Of a stretch of 64,000 nt of DNA, positions 60,804-64,000 are shown piece after piece; the stretch's first letter is position 1, and each line of letters opens with the position of its first letter. Source of the DNA: Clostridiales bacterium (GTDB taxonomy: Bacteria > Bacillota > Clostridia > Christensenellales > Aristaeellaceae); contig JAAYDR010000113.1 of assembly GCA_012729115.1 (NCBI GenBank), forward strand, positions 14,207 through 78,206, given 5' to 3'. The notes below the pieces were generated by a model that saw only the letters and a program-made list of their open reading frames with translations, did not search any database and was not told the DNA's origin. A program made the translations under genes and the position numbers.

Positions 60804-63749
60804 ATGAAGTTATCAGGGTTTTTGGCCATCTGTGTGGCAATCCTGCTGTTGCCTGGGGTTTTTGGAATGGCGGAAGCCTTCCAGGCAGCGGACTTTTCCC
60901 AGATCGATTACCAAAAGCTGGGCCTTACCAAGGATGAGGTGCGCTTCATTCAGGAGCATCCGGTCATCAGGCTGGGCATCGACCCGGAATTTACACCCTA
61001 TGAGTTTATTGATTCGGACGGAACCTATAAAGGAATCGCGGCGGATTACCTGCGCCTGGTGGAAAAAGCTACGGGCCTGCACTTTGAAGTGGCCCCCGGG
61101 CTGACCTGGGCCCAGGCCTATGATCGCGCTGTGGCAAGACAGCTGGATGCCCTGCCCTGCATCTCAAAGACCGCCCAACGGGAAGAGCATTTTCTGTTTT
61201 CAGACCCCTATCTCTCCTTCCAGAGGGTTATTTTTGTCAACAAGGACCGTCAGGACATCAAAACCTTTGAAGACCTGTATGGGAAAACCGTTGCCGTGCA
61301 GGTGAACGGCTCCCATCACAGCTTTCTGATGGACTACGACCAGATCAAACTGAACCTGTATGTTCACGTGGGGGATGCGCTTCGGGCGGTCTCCAACGGA
61401 AGCGAAATCGCCTATGTGGGCAACCTGGCCACCTCCAACTACACGGCCAAAGCCAGCGGCATCACCAACCTGATGTACATTCCCCTGAAGAATCAGGAAA
61501 ACCAATCTCTCTATTTTGCCGTGCGCAAGGACTGGCCGCAGCTTTTAAGCATCATGAACAAAGCGCTGGCCGGTATCGACGAGGAAAGCAGGCTGAGCAT
61601 TCACAACAAGTGGATCAGCGTGGAGGAAAGCGCAGACTACGCCTGGATCATACGGCTTGTGGTGATGGCCGCCGGCGTGATTGTACTGGTACTCACCGTC
61701 TCCTTTTTCTGGATTACCCGGCTTCGAAAGGAAGTGGCCATGCGCGCCAGGGTCCAGGCGGATCTGGAAAACGCCAAACGGGAAGCGGACGAAGCCAACG
61801 CGTACAAATCCAGCTTCATGGCCAGGATGTCCCACGAAATCCGCACGCCCCTGAACGGCATCATGGGGATGGCCTATCTGCTGAAGAAAAAAAGCACCAC
61901 GCTGACGCAGAAGATGTATGTGGACCGGATTACCCAGTCCGCAACCAACATGCTTGGCATCATCAACGACATCCTGGATTTTTCCAAGATCGAGGCCGGT
62001 AAGGTGGAGTTGGAGATTGTCCCCTTCAGCATGGACCAGGTGATCCAGGACGTGGTCAACATCGTGTCCTACAAGATCGACGAGCAGAAAATCGGGTTTG
62101 TACTCACCAAAGACCCCAAGATTCCCAACTGGTTTTTGGGCGACGCCAAACGTCTGGAGCAAATCCTGATCAACATCCTCAACAACGCCGCCAAGTTTAC
62201 CAGCAAGGGTGAGGTTGCCCTGGATTTCCGGCTTGTGGCCCAGGAGGGGGAGAAATACCATCTTGCATTCACCGTGAAGGACACGGGGGTGGGAATGAGC
62301 GAGGAGCAGATCAAAAAGCTCTTTGTGCCCTTCATGCAGGGGGACAGCAGCATCAACCGGCGCTTTGGGGGCACGGGGCTGGGGCTGTCCATCGTGAAAA
62401 ACCTGCTGGATATGATGGGCGGGCATCTGCAGGTGTTCAGCACGCCGGGAGAGAGTTCCACCTTTATCATTCATCTCACCCTTCCCTTGGACAGGGAGAA
62501 GGAGGAGGAGTACAGGAGAAGCATCTCCACGGTCCAGTTCAGGGATATAAGAACGCTTGTTCTTGAGAAGACGGCCTCCAACATGAATCTGATCCAGAAC
62601 TACCTGGAGAGCTTTGGCATGCACTGCGAGCTTACCACCTCTGCTGTCAGCGCGCTGGGCATGCTTCAGGCCGCCGGCGGAAAGTATGCAAAGCCCTTTG
62701 ATCTGCTGATTGTGGATTATTATACGCCCGAGGAAGGCGCCTTTGAGTTTGTGCAGCGCATCGCGGAGGACCCCAGGATTGCCAGAAAGCCCAAAACTTT
62801 GATGCTGCTGCCCATGATGCGGGAGGATCTGTTTGATCAGCTGGGTGAGCGGGGGGTGGATTTCGGGATCGGGAAGCCCATCATCCCCTCCATCCTGCTG
62901 AACGCCATCATTCATCTGTTCCAGCTCAAGACTGTTTCGGCGCTGCACATGACCAATGCATCCGCGGATGAGATCGCCCCGCTGGAGGGGGAGTATTGCG
63001 TGCTGGTGGTGGAGGACAACGTCACCAATCAGTTCATCGCCAAATCCCTGCTGGAACAGATTGGCGTGAAGGTGCTGCTGGCTGAAAACGGCAAAGTCGC
63101 CCTGGAGGAGTACAGCCGGGAAAAGGATGCCATCGATTTGATCCTGATGGATTTGCACATGCCGGTAATGAACGGGTATGAAGCCTCGGCCGAGATTCGC
63201 AAAATCTCCCAGGACGTACCCATTGCGGCCATGACAGCGGACGTGGTGATGGGCGTGAAGGAAAAATGCGAGGAGTATGGAATCGGCTACTTCCTGTCCA
63301 AACCCTTTGAACCGGGCCGCTTTATCCGTACCGTGAAGGAGATTTTAAGCGGAAGGGAACATAAAAAGAAGGCCGGGCCCGTCATTTTGGACCCTGCCGC
63401 CGGGCTTGCCCACCTGGGTCAGGACCCAGACCTGTATGCCCAGGTGCTGCGTGTATACCAAGCGGAAAACCAGGATACGCCCAGCCAGCTGACTCTGGCC
63501 ATTTCCCAGGGGCATTACGAGGAAGCCGTCAGAATTGTTCACAAGGTCAAGAGCAGCACCGGAAGCATTGGCGCAAAGAAACTGTTTGATCTGGCCGTCC
63601 GGCTGCAAAAGGCGCTGGCGGAAACAAACGAGCATGATATCAGCGCATTGGGCGATGATTTTTCAGGCATGCTCTCTCGTCTGCTGGTAGAAATCCAGGA
63701 TCTGCTGAAGGAGGATTTTCATGGCCGCAAAGCTGCTCATCGTGGATGA
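60804..63749 (+). CDS. hybrid sensor histidine kinase (SBP_bac_3 sensor, TM, HisKA-HATPase, degenerate receiver, receiver, Hpt)
   Basis: Signal/TM, then a periplasmic amino-acid-binding-type domain (GIDPEFTPYEFIDSDGTYKGIAADY). H-box SFMARMSHEIRTPLNGI. G-boxes DTGVGM and GGTGLGLSIVK. Receiver VLVVEDNVTNQ...LILMDLHMPVMNG...LSKPF. Hpt VHKVKSSTGSIGA. ATG 60804 follows GGGGGTGA. Confidence 0.9.
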   Translation: MKLSGFLAICVAILLLPGVFGMAEAFQAADFSQIDYQKLGLTKDEVRFIQEHPVIRLGIDPEFTPYEFIDSDGTYKGIAADYLRLVEKATGLHFEVAPGLTWAQAYDRAVARQLDALPCISKTAQREEHFLFSDPYLSFQRVIFVNKDRQDIKTFEDLYGKTVAVQVNGSHHSFLMDYDQIKLNLYVHVGDALRAVSNGSEIAYVGNLATSNYTAKASGITNLMYIPLKNQENQSLYFAVRKDWPQLLSIMNKALAGIDEESRLSIHNKWISVEESADYAWIIRLVVMAAGVIVLVLTVSFFWITRLRKEVAMRARVQADLENAKREADEANAYKSSFMARMSHEIRTPLNGIMGMAYLLKKKSTTLTQKMYVDRITQSATNMLGIINDILDFSKIEAGKVELEIVPFSMDQVIQDVVNIVSYKIDEQKIGFVLTKDPKIPNWFLGDAKRLEQILINILNNAAKFTSKGEVALDFRLVAQEGEKYHLAFTVKDTGVGMSEEQIKKLFVPFMQGDSSINRRFGGTGLGLSIVKNLLDMMGGHLQVFSTPGESSTFIIHLTLPLDREKEEEYRRSISTVQFRDIRTLVLEKTASNMNLIQNYLESFGMHCELTTSAVSALGMLQAAGGKYAKPFDLLIVDYYTPEEGAFEFVQRIAEDPRIARKPKTLMLLPMMREDLFDQLGERGVDFGIGKPIIPSILLNAIIHLFQLKTVSALHMTNASADEIAPLEGEYCVLVVEDNVTNQFIAKSLLEQIGVKVLLAENGKVALEEYSREKDAIDLILMDLHMPVMNGYEASAEIRKISQDVPIAAMTADVVMGVKEKCEEYGIGYFLSKPFEPGRFIRTVKEILSGREHKKKAGPVILDPAAGLAHLGQDPDLYAQVLRVYQAENQDTPSQLTLAISQGHYEEAVRIVHKVKSSTGSIGAKKLFDLAVRLQKALAETNEHDISALGDDFSGMLSRLLVEIQDLLKEDFHGRKAAHRG

Positions 63750-64000
63750 TTCCGCAACCGACCGGTTGATTATCAAGAACATGCTGTCCCATTACGATGT
63801 TCTGACCGCATGCGACGGCCAGGAAGCCCTCCGCGTCATTGATGAGCAAAAGGACATCGATTTGATTATTCTGGATCTGAACATGCCCGTGATGGATGGC
63901 TTTGAGGTGCTCAAAGCGCTGCGGGCCATGGACAGCAACAAGAGAATGCGTACCATCATCCTGACCAATTATGATGAGCTGGACAAGGAGATTCGCGGTC
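63721..64000 (+). CDS. response regulator receiver domain protein (partial; continues past the window)
   Basis: ATG 63721 follows GAAGGAGGA. MAAKLLIVDDSATDRLI...DLIILDLNMPVMDGFEVL. The output domain cannot be seen. Confidence 0.85.
   Translation, partial: MAAKLLIVDDSATDRLIIKNMLSHYDVLTACDGQEALRVIDEQKDIDLIILDLNMPVMDGFEVLKALRAMDSNKRMRTIILTNYDELDKEIRG

Noticed and set aside
61545-63158. 537-aa minus-strand ORF.
   Set aside because: It is antisense to the hybrid histidine kinase, whose H-box, G-boxes, receiver and Hpt motifs are unambiguous.
1-64000. Looked for CRISPR arrays, tRNA/rRNA genes, transposase/integrase genes and long tandem repeats.
   Set aside because: I saw no regularly spaced repeats, no cloverleaf-like conserved tRNA segments in the intergenic regions, and no recombinase-like ORFs. 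This was a visual scan only. tRNAscan, Infernal and a repeat finder should confirm it.

Overview
This is a densely coding chromosomal segment with visibly high G+C. It looks like a Firmicutes/Clostridia-type genome: it has YesM/YesN-type two-component systems, LplABC-type sugar ABC transporters, and a CGAAC-N4-GTTCG LexA box. I found no rRNA, tRNA, CRISPR array, transposase or integrase by eye.

Content in order:
1. 1-9035: a YesN/YesM-like two-component pair, a serine hydrolase, a roughly 1100-aa DUF5107+TPR protein and an AraC regulator.
2. 9115-18933: a sugar ABC transporter plus mutarotase, SDR dehydrogenase, SMP-30 lactonase, IlvD/Edd dehydratase, RraA-fold aldolase-like protein and an AraC regulator. 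I read this as a non-phosphorylative oxidative sugar pathway.
3. 19155-22928: a LexA-box promoter driving dinB, a 102-aa unknown ORF and an SRAP (YedK/HMCES-like) peptidase, followed by an S41 peptidase.
4. 22958-28909: two translationally coupled CrtI-like flavoenzymes (one with a Cys-rich GltD-like tail) and an aldo-keto reductase, divergent from an MFS transporter.
5. 28925-32786: small accessory modules. These are a DUF2975+HTH pair, two tandem GGCT-fold genes, and a lower-G+C islet encoding a 405-aa protein of unknown family plus a DUF998 membrane protein.
6. 32983-53742: a large glycan/glycoside utilisation region. It holds a YesMN pair, two ABC transporters, a LacI regulator, a GH13_18 sucrose-phosphorylase-like enzyme, a P-loop kinase-like protein, three esterase-D-type esterases, Nif3-like, DUF3237 and MBL proteins, and a GH35 enzyme.
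7. 53699-58438: DUF4256, two flavodoxin-like proteins, a MATE pump and gapN.
8. 58618-60489: an orphan Toprim-primase/RepA-like ATPase gene with no other mobile-element genes nearby.
9. 60804-64000: a hybrid sensor kinase phosphorelay and the start of a response regulator.

Many long ORFs in the supplied track are antisense shadows typical of high-GC DNA, and I rejected them. No single textbook novel system stands out. The best candidates for follow-up are the CrtI-like/Fe-S/AKR operon, the low-GC 405-aa + DUF998 pair, the SOS-operon small ORF, the RraA-terminated oxidative sugar pathway, and the phosphorylase/kinase/esterase cluster. All family calls come from motif recognition by eye, not from database searches.
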